A DNA stretch of 64,000 nt from Dicyema japonicum (Eukaryota; Animalia; Dicyemida): contig RDEW01000017.1 of assembly GCA_011109175.1 (NCBI GenBank), positions 616,568 through 680,567 of the forward strand, given 5' to 3'. Made by a program: the position numbers and the translations under genes. Shown piece after piece: positions 1-13,665 of this stretch (the stretch's first letter is position 1; the number at the start of each line of letters is the position of its first letter). The notes under the pieces are model-generated. The model made no database searches, was not told where the DNA came from, and saw only the letters and a program-made list of their open reading frames with translations.

Positions 1-59
1 AGTTAATCATTTTTTTCAATTTTGTTGGTTTTTCGCAATATCACCAAGGCTTGTAGTAA

Positions 60-500
60 ATGTAACGAGTACCAGGTAAAGGCCTAATTGCCCTAGTTCG
101 AATTTCGCTGCTGTACATTCCAGCTAAAGGTTACACTCATCTACGACGCTTTGACTTGACGATTGACGCCGTCATCAGTGATCATTTCACTGCGGAACTG
201 GATCGTCTATAAAAAAACTCAAAAACAGCAAAAGGAAAAAAGTGTGTCCTGTCTGGATGGAGCTGTAGGTAATATGGCTCTGTGTAAAGTGGAGTATTAT
301 GATTATTGTCGCCAGAAAATAAAGTTTAAGTTTACAAACTGTTCTTTGATGGAGGTCGTTGGGACGTCAATGAGTATTTCGTCAGTTTTAGCCATTATAA
401 ATTATCTAGTTGAACAAAAACCAAAGGTCTCGTTGAAGACTAACAAGTCATCAAAACACTGGCAATCATAAATATCTAAAAGTCACACAGATGATATTTA
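60..500 (+). mobile_element. Degenerate RLE-type (R2/R4-like) non-LTR retrotransposon fragment
   Basis: Shares the LYIPA(K/E)G(Y/F)THL-encoding segment with related fragments at ~15350 and ~46530; broken frames. Confidence 0.3.
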
Positions 501-3500
501 GCCTTGATATTACTACATTCTTCTTTAATTCGATCCAATCTAACTGACCTTCAGAAGACTGTTAAAGAACTTGTAATACTTTATGGCTAAGTTCAGAAGC
601 CCGCGAAACCAAGTGGTTCCTCAGTTGATTTTGACAGCTATTGTGAGGGGCAACGCTTTGACGACTATATGAATCGGAATGAACATTTAAACTCAAATTT
701 GGAATTTCATTTTAATCAAATTTTTCTAGAAGAGTAGAAAACTTCCAAACTTTAAAAATAAAATAATTCACTTGAAACTATAACGTTTTTGATTATGACT
801 GATTAGTAGGTTTCGTGTTTCCCATAAGCATATGACGCGTTTCAGGTGGCGCCCAATACCTAAAGTTTCGTTTGTACCCTACTCCCTCCCTACTATCCAT
901 TCTACTAGTTTCTTCCATCCAATTTTCCTCCTAGCTTGAAAGTTGGAATTGAAAACGGAGTAGAATAGACAGATTGAGAGTATAACAGATAAGTCTCAAT
1001 TACTCAACCAATAGACGTTTACGGCTAAATACTAAAACCACACATGTCGACTAAAACCTCAAATAACCTAAAAGTTTGACTAGCCATAAAATTTAAAATT
1101 ATTTCTACGAAAAATCAAAGAAATTTATAGAAAATCATCTTCTAACAGCCAAAACAGTGGGCATTCTCACGGAAGGTAAACCGTTCCTGCGTCAACCACC
1201 ATCTTTCACGATGGTCTCTGAATCGTGACGCAATCAAGTTTCCGATTTGGTGAATGATATTTTTACCAATCAGGCGGATATTTACCACGTGGCGCCATGT
1301 GGTGCTAATTGGTTGAAGTTTTCTGTTTGTCTGTTCCTCTCTTTCCATTCCTACTAGCGTGGCGTCATGTAATCCACCTGTTTCAAGTGCGCCCAGTGCC
1401 AGGCTGGCACGAAAAAGGATCATTTGCTCTCCCTCACTCCACTGGAGGGGCTTCCACAACTTCAAGTTCCGGATGGACTCAGTTTCTGTAGAAGTGGAAA
1501 CTGGATACACTTAACTAGTTGTTTACTTTTAACTTCTTTCTCGGTGGATCCGGGGTTAAAAATGAATAATATCAATCACTCGAGAGGTTCAGAAAACAGT
1601 TGTTATTCAGTTTAATTCAAATATATAATAAAAATTTAATTTTTATTGATTTTGTAATAATTATGTCAAATTAATATGTTTTTGCAATAATTGCTGGATA
1701 TGAGTAAACCCTCAAATGTACCATTAATATTCAACTGAATAGAAAGAAAAGAAAATAAATGACCGAAATCTCGATTCTCCACAAAAGAGGATCCTCAGTG
1801 CCACCTTCAAAAAACTGAAAAAAATATTTGTTGAGAAACCAATGTCATCGTATTTCTTGGACATTACGCCAAACTATATAACAAATATATTATGGATGAT
1901 TCCGAAGAAGATATAACTTGATTAATAAACTCAAACGTTGACAATGAATAAAGCCTGTTTACCAATTTGATGATCCGTTACGCGTACCCCAATTATTTGT
2001 TTTCTTGGCTAGTGATGAGCATTTTTTTCATTGGAATAGTTCGACCTCGTACATTTTCCCGTTGGAGTAGCTAGACAGATATGATATGCAAATACGAGTA
2101 AATTTTTAATATTAATAAAAAAAAACCATTTTCGTAAAGGTGTAGTAATGTTTCCACTATTAACATGTGCAGGAAACACAGTTTTATTTAAAGAAGATAA
2201 AAAAAATGTATGCTAATTAATGAAAGGGTCTAAATCACCTGAAATGTTTTTAACTTTTTTTTGGTTTCGTGAGAGTCGTCATGATGACGGAGTCACTAAT
2301 CAATCCAAGGGGCGTATTAAATCCATGGAACATTCTGTCGACACCGAGATTTGAACCTCGAAGCATTGGAATTCTGACCGGCATATGTCGCGTCCCGCAC
2401 GGGTTACCCATCCAGTGGTGGTTACATTTCACATGTCAATTGACATGTCACCTGTCATTCAATCTATATTAATGGCCATGCTATTTCCCATAACAATAGC
2501 CAACGAGATACGTTCTCGGAACCAACCAGTGGCCAGTGGCCATGGCCATTCAGATGCCTTAATTTAATTTTTATTCATTTGATCTATATTAATTGGTTAC
2601 TGATCAAAAATCAAAGAATTTATTTTTTTTAAAGTTTATATTTCTTGACTCGACATGTTGACTATTTTCAATTCTCCTGAACGTGCCTTAATCTGTGATA
2701 ACAAAATTAAATAAACCTCTATTCGATTGTTTGTCAAAATTTGAGTAATTTTACTTGGCTCTTCATATAGAGATTCAAATCTGCTCAACTTTAGCGATGA
2801 TTATTCCCATAATCCTTTAAAACTCGTATCTAAATTTATTCACTAAAACACCTCATTTCCAATAGAAAAAAATCATATTTGATTGATGAACGTTCATTCT
2901 TTTGTTCATCCGCTTAAAATAGGCTGAATTTAGATTTGCTGGAGAAAAAGTATCGAACCTGTACAAACTCAAACTGCCACTGACTCTGCCGAACGAAGGA
3001 TGCTGGATAAATATTTTGCGTTTAGAGACTGTTTCCACTTCGTTCAAATTGCATTTGAGACTTTGGTTGTACCCTGGCCTGTTACCAGAGGTGTTCTCAG
3101 AGATATTGGAAACGCAGTCTCGCCAAGGCTATATCTTTATGAGCGGTATTGGTTTAGTGAAAGTCTCGGAATTGCTATCTTTCGGAGTAATTCTCACTGT
3201 CTCTTAGCAGCTGGTGTCTGATTTGTTTCTTTCACTAATAATAAATTTGACATAAAAATATAATAACCCGATGAGGCGTTATCAGAGATCAGTTAAATGG
3301 ATTTTTTAATTATTATTTTACGTTAGGCGTGGCGCTATGTGGTGCTACGTGGATAGTTTGTCAAAATTATTTTCCTTCCGATGGCCGTCACTGGATCCAC
3401 CTTACTGAGAAGACGCCCAATTCCTGGCCGGCGTCAAGTAGATCCGACAATTCTTTCCCCGGGGACAACGTCGTTACCTGGTGACAAGTTCTGGATTACT

Positions 3501-3544
3501 GGAACGAGTCAGGATCGAGGAGTTTATTTTTTTATTTTATTTAT

Positions 3545-5100
3545 TTAACCCAAAACGACGGTAAAACCAAACTAATTATCACGTGATCCCGATGCATTCT
3601 AACAGAGACCTCATCTTTGCCCTTAATTTTCAGGGCCACCTTCCCGTGATCTGGAGTCTAGTCTCATAAGGGCCTTTAGAGGCGTTGGTACGGTTCGGTG
3701 ATCTTCACAAATCCAACGCTCCGTTACTCTGTAAGCCCTCTTTTGCATTTCCTTAATCTTCCTCACATCTGTCCAAGATATGGACGGTCCCCACGAGGCG
3801 CATGCATATGAGAAACATGGCTCGATGTATTGTTTGTATACGTTCATCGAAGCCTCTCCAGGATTTTTGACATGGAACATAGTAGTGACACCGGTTTAGA
3901 AGACGCTGGGTCATCTCTCGGTCTTCCTGGTTTTAGTATTGGCCGTATTAGTGCCTGTTTCCATAATAATGGTATCACATTCTGGTTAATCGAATAGTTG
4001 AAAACCGACGTTAGAAAAGTAACTCCCCCGACTTCAAGATTTTTTAAATAAATAACAGGAATGTTGTCTGGTCCGTGGGAGTATGTCGTTTTTGCGGAAT
4101 GTATTGTATCCCTAACCTCTCTCTTCGAAAAAAAAGTGGTTCTGATAGTCTCTTTAGTTTCCTGCCTAGTAGTGTATCAGACTTCATGTGCTCCTTGTGT
4201 GAAATTTTAGTATAGTATTTTGTCAAGTTGTTCACATCTCTTTGAACATAATCCTCCTCTGTTGAAATTTCATCGCTTTTTACCACATTTCGAATAGCTT
4301 TCCACATTTCTCCCGCAGTGCGATTTCTATCTACCATTGTAAGCACAATTCCACTTCAACCTCTGGGTCTTGAGCTCTTTGGCCTTTATTTCATTATTCA
4401 ATGTTCTGATCCGGAGTTTCATATCCAAGGTTATCCGGTTAGATTTTTTAAGCTGATTTCTTTTTTTAATCAAGGCCGTCTTCCCTCAACCACTCGACGA
4501 ATTTAAGTAATGTTTGGATATATCACTTGATATTGCTTAGAAGATTATTTGGGTAAAGTTTCCAGTTAGCGATACAATTTCCTGTTAGCACCTTTGTAAT
4601 TGTAGCTGCTAAGAATTCTCCTCATGTTGGCCTCTTTATGATCTTCATCACATTTTGATTATGGTCGCTTCTTGTTTCGTAGAGGAATGACCAATCAATT
4701 TTTGATGAAAGCGACGATGAGCAGAGTGTTATGTCCTGTGAGGTAAGTTATTTTGTCTCTCTCAGTGGTGTCTTGTATTTCTAGATGGATCATTCAATAT
4801 CGTTAGGGAGTCCGTTTGCGATAATAATAGTTCCCTCTCATGTCAGCTAGTTAAGGGATGCTTCGCATTCAAATCCCAGCAGATGATGATCTCATTGAAG
4901 GAATACAGTCTTGATAGGTTTGGCATAACATAGCTCTTCGGGCAGGAACCAGGAGGCAGAACGTAGATATTCACAAGGCATAGTCCTCCTTCCGTTGTCC
5001 CGAGCGAGATTCCAATAATTTCAAATCTACGAATGAGGAAACTCTTTTGTTGGTAATTGAAGAGGGTTTTAGAGCAATTGGAAGTGTTGATTGTGAATTA
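3545..5100 (-). mobile_element. Degenerate I-group LINE (APE fragment, RT C-terminus, conserved 3' end)
   Basis: ORF 3623-3880 YKQYIEPCFSYACASW (RT C-terminal region); APE-like LCLVNIYVLPPGSCP near 4950-5000; family 3' motif GGGATCACGTGAT at 3583-3590 followed by an A/T-rich tail. Confidence 0.7.
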
Positions 5101-5114
5101 TTTTATATGATGAT

Positions 5115-6060
5115 TAGGGCGAATTTTTAACTTAAAAAATAGAAAATTTAACCTAAAATTAATCTAAAAACTAAAAAAATTAACCCAAAAATTTAACTTT
5201 ATAACTAATAATAAAAACACAAAACTTTTTGTTGCACATACAAATTACATAATTTTTTAAATTTCCTGGTAGAAAATGTCTGTTGGATCTAAGAAAATTC
5301 TTTATCTCAGAGAAACATCGTTCAACCGAGCACTAAGTTGGCTAACAATTCAGGAGTAATGAATACTTGGCAGGATACATGTGTGAATTAATCATTTTAA
5401 TTATGTTTGAAATATCATTTTTTGAAACCTTTTATTTATGTATTCTTTAATAAATTTATTGTCATTTCCAAATTCCAACGATTCTAAACCATCATATGCT
5501 TGTTCAATTCTGAAGCGTGTACTTTGATAATAATATCTGCAATAGCGACATTATTTGGAAACCTGGAATGTTCGAATAGCTTCAGATAAGGTCACATAGA
5601 CTGGTAACTAACGGTGAGGGAACTCATACAGAGCCTCCGTAAAACAATTCTCTAAGCCACGGCATAGATAGTTTGTTTAGTGGAATATCAGACTTTATAA
5701 ATGCTCTGGTTACTTGTAGAGCCCAATCATCATTTTTGGAATATTTGTCAATGTGTGTTTGGTGCGATTCAGTCAGATTATCTACAAAAAATAATCGCTA
5801 TTTCGCAAAACTCAATGAATTTTCATTAAAATAAATTTTGATGGGAATTTACAAAATGCCTTTTTTTGCCTTTTTTTCTCGCATTTTATATTACACAAAC
5901 AGAGTCGACAATATAGCGCACCATCCTCAATAATCATAAATTCTTTAGGATAATACTTTACAATGGCCTTAGTTTTAATTTGGTACTATTTTGCTATCTT
6001 AGGTATGTCAACCAAAAATTTTAGTGGCAAAATATATTATTAATAGTTAATTAAAAAATA
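5115..6060 (-). mobile_element. Truncated hAT element, CGGBP1-like transposase remnant
   Basis: TAGGGCGAATTTTT terminus at 5115 like the other TAGGG elements; minus-strand VTRAFIKSDIPLNKL near 5670-5720 parallels TKAFVESDIPL at ~14410-14440; right TIR not found. Confidence 0.45.
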
Positions 6061-6109
6061 GTAAATTAAATCAAAAATTATAAGGTTAAAATAATTTTAA
6101 CTTTAGCCG

Positions 6110-6560
6110 TCAGGTGGTTCCTCCGCTTCGACTAGCCATCTCATTTTTGCTCGGTGTTCTTCCCGGGTTTTAACGCATTTCCAGATTGGGCGGGGGTTTC
6201 TAACTTTTTTGGGGTAGTAAGGCTCCGATTTTCTTCACTAATTTTTCAAATGGTGTAGGGTTTAGAGGTGTCTAGGAAAACCTTTGCAGAGCCTTACTGG
6301 CCATTTTTTGAAATGTATTGATTTTTTTCCATATTCGCGTTTGATAGTTTGGTTCCCCATGCGGCACCCGTAAGTTAGAGACGGTTGGATATACTGCACG
6401 TAGAGCGAATTTAAATTTGAGTTGAAACCCTTCTTGATGTGATACATTTTCACCGTGATGTGAAAGTGTTCTCGTTTGAAAACCCTGTATCCAATGCTTG
6501 ATAACAAGGGAAATTATATTATTCTGTCCAAGAGAAAAAGTCTAAAAACGCTACAAAAAT
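6110..6560 (-). mobile_element. LINE 3' fragment
   Basis: ORF 6262-6507 LYVQYIQPSLTYGC; shares TCTCATTTTTGCTCGGTGTT with the 12.3 kb copy. Confidence 0.6.
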
Positions 6561-6769
6561 CAATACTTACTTATTTTATGATAACAAATTTTCGACTTCT
6601 AAATATGGGATTGGTTCCTCGTGATCAAAACCTCCATTTTGCACCAAAAATGTTGTTTTAATAGTTGATTGTCTAATTCTAGGATCTGCCTCTCATGGTC
6701 CCCGACACTGATTTGATATCAATTTTCTTTATTTCGTGTTATGTAAAATCGAATCTAACCGAATTTACC

Positions 6770-7167
6770 CAAGCTTACAATCTTTAGTAAGCCCAGCACA
6801 AACAGTCACAACTAATTAATCGAAGGAAGGAACTAAAAGGAGAACGTCTGCTTATGCCGACAAAGTCTATCCTCAGATAGTCTATTACAGACTTCTGCTT
6901 CAGAAGAGAAGTGGAGAAGTAGGTTCGCCCTCTTACATTTCATCACACGTCATATCATCGCAAACATCACTTCATTTTTGGCTAAATATTTTTCATAATG
7001 TAATCTTTAAAATCCTTTTTAACAACTGTGTCCTGCCAGAAAGACTCGTGGCCTCACGGGTGGGATCTGTTTGGTGGGAATTGATCTTCATTAAAAAGTC
7101 CACCTTTCAAATTCAAACCCACGGCTGTCAGATCCGATGTCATCAGTAGTTACGTTCAGCCTGAAGG
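6770..7167 (-). mobile_element. tRNA-Arg-derived SINE (copy A)
   Basis: Aligns by eye with copies at 8461, 29425 and 37686 (core AAACAGATCCCACCCGTGAGG, GGAGAACGTCTGCTT); tRNA-like head. Confidence 0.7.
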
Positions 7168-7226
7168 ATGATTACCAGAAAAAGTAATCAGAAATTGTTG
7201 TCAGAATAAAAAAAAATTAATTCAAA

Positions 7227-8140
7227 TTATTTTGGTAAAAGTACTGAGTAATCAATTGGAATTGGAAATAGAATTGTAGTTTCTTTTTCTGAAGCCATAT
7301 TGCTAAGACTTTGAAGGTATTTCAGTTGCATCGCTACTGGACTACTCGAAATCAATTCAGAGGCAGCTCTTAGAGCTTCAGATGAGTTCTTCTCCCCCTC
7401 TGCTGCTATTATCTAATAGATTCATGGCCCAAAATTCTACCTTGGATTTTGCTTTTTGACAGCTTCAGCCTCCGTAGCAAATGCTCTCTGCATGTCTTTG
7501 GGGATTTTCACATTTTTGCTTTAATATACGTTATAAATTACATTTCAACTAGTTCAACCTTAATCCCCCACTGATCTGTGATATCATCTAGATGTGCCTT
7601 AACTATAAAATTGACTCGGTTACCGTTATTTCCTTACTCAACTCTTCCTTCTTATTAAGAATTTCAGTCAAAGTGAAAGTACCGAAAAAATTTCTCAAAG
7701 TAGAGGTGGCCAATAATTCAGTAGAAGACCTAAAATTTTCTACATTCAGTAAAGAAGAGGCCGGGTCGACAATGTGATAAAAAATCACGGCATCGACAGT
7801 TACAGAAACCGAATCTTTAGTGATTATCTAGGAATATTTGGGTTTGGTACCTGTTGTGGTGGAACATCAAGAGTGAATGTCCTCATGTCAACAATTTTTA
7901 GTTCATCGATGATTGGATTGATGCAAAAAATTCCTAGAGTAATCATCGATGAATCCAACCAGGTCCTTTCGGTTCCCGACTTAAGGCTTGACCAACTCGA
8001 AAGATGATTGCACGTTGATATTCAAATATAACCCTGACGGCTGAACAGATGAAAATGGGGAACATTGCAATGACGATGATGAGTGTGATAAAATTCAAAA
8101 TTGACGCAGACGAATCTTGTTCAGAATTCTCTATTCTCAT
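7227..8140 (-). CDS. STOM: Stomatin / band-7 (SPFH) family protein, 6 exons
   Basis: Spliced translation: hydrophobic hairpin, VIFEYQRAIIFRVG, DVPPQQIITKDSVSVTVDAVIFY, WGIKVELVEIKNV, IIAAEGEKNSSEALRAASELISSSPVAMQLKYLQSL, TILFPIP. Five GT-AG introns of 26, 23, 26, 23 and 28 nt; one missing A at the T-run 7453-7457. Symbol is family-level. Confidence 0.92.
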
Positions 8141-8460
8141 TGAATGGTCTGAAACTTATAAATCTTCAATTTTACAGTTTTTTTCGACTTGCATTTTATC
8201 TGGACTATGGTCGTCAAGCGATTTTAAATGTTAACGAAAATTATTCGATTTGTTATATAAATGCAATAAATCGACAAATCGATTACAAAGTAATAGAAGA
8301 ATAACTAATAATTATGGAACATATAAATTGTATAATTTATGAGAGAAAGTAGGTGGTTTATTGATGGTATTTCTTGCAGACCGTCAGGAGTGAATGCGTT
8401 TTCAATTCTGAGAGCAGCCAGTCTCGACTGAAAGGAACTTCTATTATTTATTTACTCAAT

Positions 8461-8718
8461 AACCCCAGGCTTACAATCAAAGGTAAGCCCAACACAGTCA
8501 CAACTAATTAATCCAATGAAGGAACTTAAGGGAGAACGTCTGCTTGTGCCTATCAAATTCATCCTCCGATAGTCAATTACAGGCTTCCGTTTAGAAGAGA
8601 GGTGGAAATGTAGGTCCGCTTTCTTCCATTTTTATTAAACGTCCTACCGTCGTAGACATCACTTCATTTTAGAGGGAAAAGATTTCATATTGGCAATCTT
8701 CACCAATAGATTTGGTCA
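8461..8718 (-). mobile_element. tRNA-derived SINE, 5'-truncated (copy B)
   Basis: Matches the 3' two-thirds of copies A and D (GGAGAACGTCTGCTTGTG, CGTCCTACCGTCGT). Confidence 0.65.
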
Positions 8719-9419
8719 GTTGTTACTGTGTTTTAATCAAGAAATATCTTGGTTCTTTTGCAATACATGCTTCACGAAATAAGGCTCTAAATGAATTAAT
8801 AAATTTTTTTTGAATATTAGATCTAAAATTAAAAAAAATGAACAATGCCGAATTCGTAAATGTTATTATAAAATTTTTAAATAAATTGCTAAATCTTAAC
8901 GACTTAGTGGTGTTAAACGACGATACCGACAATGTCAAAGCTGAGCTATTAACGACCCCTACCTAAGAAGAAACCGTTATGGGCTTCATATAGATGCTAA
9001 TAATCATTCCCTTAGCGAAAAAAAGTCATTATTACAAAAGTAAGTCAGTTGTTTCTACGCAGCGTGATGTTCGGCGGACAATATCTAACGATCGCATCCA
9101 TTAATTCATAGAAGGAGTTGTCTAAATGGCTCACTTGCCTTCTCCACAAAAATTCTACAAAATAACTCGGAGTATTTAATACCTGCTTATTTTTTTAAAT
9201 TTATTTATTTAAAACAAAAAATCACAAGAGATATTAAACTTGGTGGGTCTTTGGTTCTTGAACCGTCTAAATATATCAACAGAAAAGTCACATGTAACGA
9301 CGTTTACCTCATCACAATAGGAAATACGGGCAACGCTAGAAATAAAATTGTATGATTCCCCTATCTCCATTAAGAACCCCCTTTCAATCCTTGGAGTCAT
9401 CCTGGATTCTTTCCTTTTA

Positions 9420-11400
9420 TTAACTCATCAAATGGACCTGGTAACCAGAGTATCAAATAGAAAATTGAAATTCTCAAGGATTTTACGCACTCTCCAGTAT
9501 CTTCTCGCCCATTGTTAGAGCTTCTATACCAGTGTTTCTTAACCTTTTTTGACCGGGGACCACTTTAATCTGTTCAATTTTTCTGAGGACCACATGTAAC
9601 AAAACAATTTAATAAAAAAACTAACAAAATTAAAAAATCATTGTATTTAGAGTTAGTGTGATTTTTGATCCTGGTTTTCAGAAACTAGCTGTTCAATTTT
9701 TGGTACAATGTTGGTAAGTGGCATTCTCATATCGTCTTCCACCTTAAGTCGGTTGCGAACTTTACTTTTCAGAATAACAGGACAAGACATTGCATTTCAC
9801 ATAAATAAGTGGTTGGAAAAAGAATTATTACTTCCAGTGCATTTGTACTTAAGATTGGATATTCATTAATAACGGGAATCCAGAATTCCATAATCGAAAG
9901 CGAATTAAATGTCATCTTGCAAAACTGCGAATTTCGCAATTCAATCAACTGTTTTTGGAAATCAATTTCTTCAATTTCTTGGCCGTCGTAAATTAATTTA
10001 TTGGTTTCCGGAATAAAAGGGTGTATTATTCAAGTCGCAATTGGTTCAGTAACTGGGAAATAATCTCCAATGTTATTTCCAAGATTTTCGAGATGATCAA
10101 TAATCAAAGAAGAAAACCATTTTTCAGGTTCATTATCACCAATCTTATTTTCTACCATCGGAAACATTGAAGCGTTGTTATTTCGTATTTTTCTCCTCCA
10201 TAGTGACAATTTTTCTTTAAACGCAGACATTTTTTCCATAGCTTCAATGTTGGAAGCATTATTACCTTAACATAAATAATTAATAAAAATACCTTGTAGT
10301 GATAAGTTTAATTCATTAAAAATACTAAATATGTCAGCCAGATAATATAGTTTAAGCATGAAAATATCGTTGTTAAATAAATCGGCAAATTCGGTCGACC
10401 CAATATCTCGTAAAAATAAACTAATAGCATTTGACAGCTCGGCAACCCGTGATAGTATTTTACCTCTTGATAACCAACGTACTTCAGTATAAAATAATTA
10501 AAACAAATCTAAAATATCATTAGCTGTTGTTCTTGCAGTTAATTCCAAACAAAATAAAGACTTGTCATGAATAGATTCCATGTCGACAAATCGAACAAAT
10601 GCAACCAACTGATTTATAGATGTTATATCGGTAGATTCATCCAATTGTATACAATTCTTTATGGGGTGCCGTTTATTTTCACAAGTTGTTCCAAAACATT
10701 ACAAGACATGTCTCGTGTTCGATTCGTAATCGTGTCATTAGATGAAGGTACATTTTTAAATTTTTGTACGCCATCTTTATCGAGCAATATTCTTGCCATT
10801 GTCAATGCGGCAGGTTTTATTAAATTTTCTACAGAAGAGTGAGATACTTTGTTTTTGGCAATAATTAAAGATATCTAAAATAAATGCTTCAATTATTAAT
10901 ACCTCATATGAAGCTAGCAGACATGGTTTATCTATTGGTCTAAATCCGGAATTTTAAGATTTCCAGATTTATCATATTTAGTAATCTTTGTAATAAAACT
11001 TTCGACAGTGTCAACATTTTGTGGGTGAGATTTTTCCTTATGTCTTTTAATTGTGACGGCTTCAAAGAGTTGTTTCCCATTATGACGTCACATATCATAC
11101 ACTGCGCTTTATCGACATTGTCAGATCCAGTATATTGGGTAAATCCATATTGGACATAAGAATCAATCCATTTGCGATTAATCATTACAATCAAATAACA
11201 AAAAAACACGTGGAATAAAATTAATTAAATATTTTAATGCGAATAAATAATAAAAATTAAATAATTTTTTTAGTCATAAAAATTAATTGACCTAAAAATA
11301 TTTCTGGGGACCACGTTAAGAAACACTGTTCTATACAAGCAATTTTTTTACCGAGTATCGAGTACGCCTGTGCTGCATGGATTGCCCCCTTATTAAATTA
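9420..11400 (+). mobile_element. LINE RT C-terminal fragment split by the hAT insertion
   Basis: Removing 9530-11328 and one TSD rejoins KIEILKD...LLELLYKQFF to IEYACAAW. Confidence 0.65.
9530..11328 (-). mobile_element. hAT Buster/Charlie (ZBED5/ZBED8-like) transposon, internally deleted
   Basis: 14-bp perfect TIR CAGTGTTTCTTAAC...GTTAAGAAACACTG; perfect 8-bp TSD TTCTATAC (9522-9529, 11329-11336); BED-finger-like YVQYGFT...AQCMIC...NNSLKPSQL (10940-11209) and EKMSAFKEKLSLW (10030-10239). Confidence 0.9.
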
Positions 11401-12259
11401 AAAAAAATTAAAAATCAAAAATAGCATCAATAACTTCAGCTCAAAAAACTGGTCGTAAACAGATTAAAAACTCTTCATCGGAGACCTTCATCTCGTCTTG
11501 TGTTCAATTAGCATGCCTCCGAGAGTCCTTTTCAACACAACTGATTGGATTTATGTCCTCGTTGCTCCTTCAATAAATAGCTTATCCATATAATTCTTAA
11601 AGCATTCCGAGACAACTCCATCCCAGGTCATCCATTTTCATCACACGCCCTACCGTCGTGATGTCCTGTCTGGGAGGAGCTATTACTTGACAATCGTAAA
11701 AAATAAAAAGTTTCCCGCAAAAAGGTAATACATGTGGCACTTCTCAACCTGTTTGTGCCCATCCTGAGAAATAATGCCCACTTTGATAAGAGTTATTTCA
11801 TTTTAATCTTGTCATGGTAAAATGATTGCATAATGATCCCATATTTTTTAGAAAAACAAGTTCCTTTCTTGAAATAAAGCTTCACCAGAATAAACTTCAC
11901 TCTTGGATCGTTATTCAAGTCGATAGTCACCCACTAGAGTTTTCCACATCGACATTAGATTCTTCTAAAAATTTGAAAATCATGCAATGTAACGATTTTC
12001 AATATATTCTATCTGTCAGATATTGTTTCTGGGTGGCCTTGAACGACTCAACATTAATATTCTCCGCGTCAGCAATTCCGTATTTAGATGTAAGAAATCC
12101 TGTGTAGCCAAATGGAGTTATTAGTTTTAATAACTCCTAGAATCCCCGACCTTCGAAAACATCAGCCGAATTCCTTTCAAACTTTTAAGGAAATGAAAAA
12201 AGTTTTCTTCCAAAGGTCTGTTTAAATACAACCTATCCTTGGTTGCAGGCTTCAGATGC

Positions 12260-13350
12260 AACCTAACTAAGTGATCCCATGAATTGAATCACGGCTCTCA
12301 TTTTTGCTCGGTGTTGATCCCTTGAGCCTACACAAGTTCGATACGGGCGAGCACTTCCTTCTTGGCGTGGGGTCCTTTCTCATTTTTTTCAATTAGTGTC
12401 TCCAAGGGAGTTGGTGATTTGATATTTTCCTATGTATACCATCTTTCAGTTAGTTTGAAGGCCCTTTTCTGGGTTGTGCAGAATTTCTGAGTGTTTGTAT
12501 AAGAGGCCAATGGTCCCTATGAAGCACACGCATTTGAAATGCATGGTTTGATGTACTGTGAATAGAGCGTTTTAAGTATAGGGTGATGTCCAATTTTCCA
12601 TAGACCTGTTAGGCATTTCAGAAGGTTGATTTTCTTCTCACATTTGTTCAGCACGACGTTTCTCGAAAAGTTCATGTGCGTATTGAAAATTAGACCCAAT
12701 ATTTTTTGCCATTTGCTGAAAGGCAATTTTCTTCCATCCCGACAGCTAAGAAGTTAGCCAGCCAGCGTTTGAGGTATTCAGGGATATATGATTGGTAGAT
12801 TTTCCATGTTAGATTTTTTCTCGGCACAGAGTCGAAAGCTTTGTGGATGTCCAGTGGACATAACACCGTTTTCTGGTGTTGTGGCTTACACAGAAATCCA
12901 GAGCGAATAAAGTTAGTCAGGAAGCTGAGGAAGCTTGTTGTGAACCAATCCTTTTTGAAACCATGCTGGAACGGTTTATAGGGAGTCATTTCAGTGATTT
13001 TTGCGAGGATGAGCTTTACCAGAATTTTTGACTAAAGCACAAGAGAGAAATAGGCCTGAAGGAAGCTGGGTCTTCTTTTGGTTTTCCGGGCTTCAATACT
13101 AAGCGGATGTTTGCAAGTTTCCATATCGTTGGGATTGAGTTATAATTAATCGACCAGTTGTAGATTTTGGTCAGGGTACCGATTCCCTAATTGCCTAGGT
13201 TTTTTATGAGAATTATGGGAGTTCCGTCTGGATCATGTGAATGTGTTACTTTTGTTTGGTTTAGGGATGCCATTACTTCCTTTTCAGTGAAATAAGTTAA
13301 TTGATCCCTTTTTGGTTTTCTTAGCGGCGGTTTGGGTGGGTCAGTCCTCA
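12260..13350 (-). mobile_element. Degenerate I-group LINE RT
   Basis: FQHGFKK, LDIHKAFDSVPR, YIKPCISNACAS; 3' motif at 12271-12278. Confidence 0.75.
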
Positions 13351-13665
13351 TATTAATAAAACCAATGTAATATTCATGGTCAACAGAATCAAAGGCCTTC
13401 TTCACGTCAACCAAAGCAGAATAAAGGGCATTCCTACTCTTTATTTAAGCATTGATTAATAAAGGCCTGTTACTAGCGCCCTGACAATGTTTCCCCGCCT
13501 CAAACTGATTGCGGATAATAGACCAAACGAATCCACAAAATCTGAGAGTTTGCATTAACACATTTGGTAATAAATAAATATTCACTTTACGAAGAGTCAT
13601 ATTAGCTATAGCTCCTCTTAGGCAGGACACACACACTTTATTTTTAAACAAAGAACAGTTATAAT

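Noticed and set aside
1424-1615. Degenerate PHD/2A-like LINE 5' region (WIHLTSC, LLTSFSVDPG)
   Set aside because: Lacks the NPGP core; too decayed to call.
2330-2420. Minus-strand tRNA-like GGTTCAAATC motif
   Set aside because: Only a T-loop-like word; no supporting stems.
2853-3221. Overlapping short ORFs as a gene
   Set aside because: No motif and no convincing splice model on either strand.
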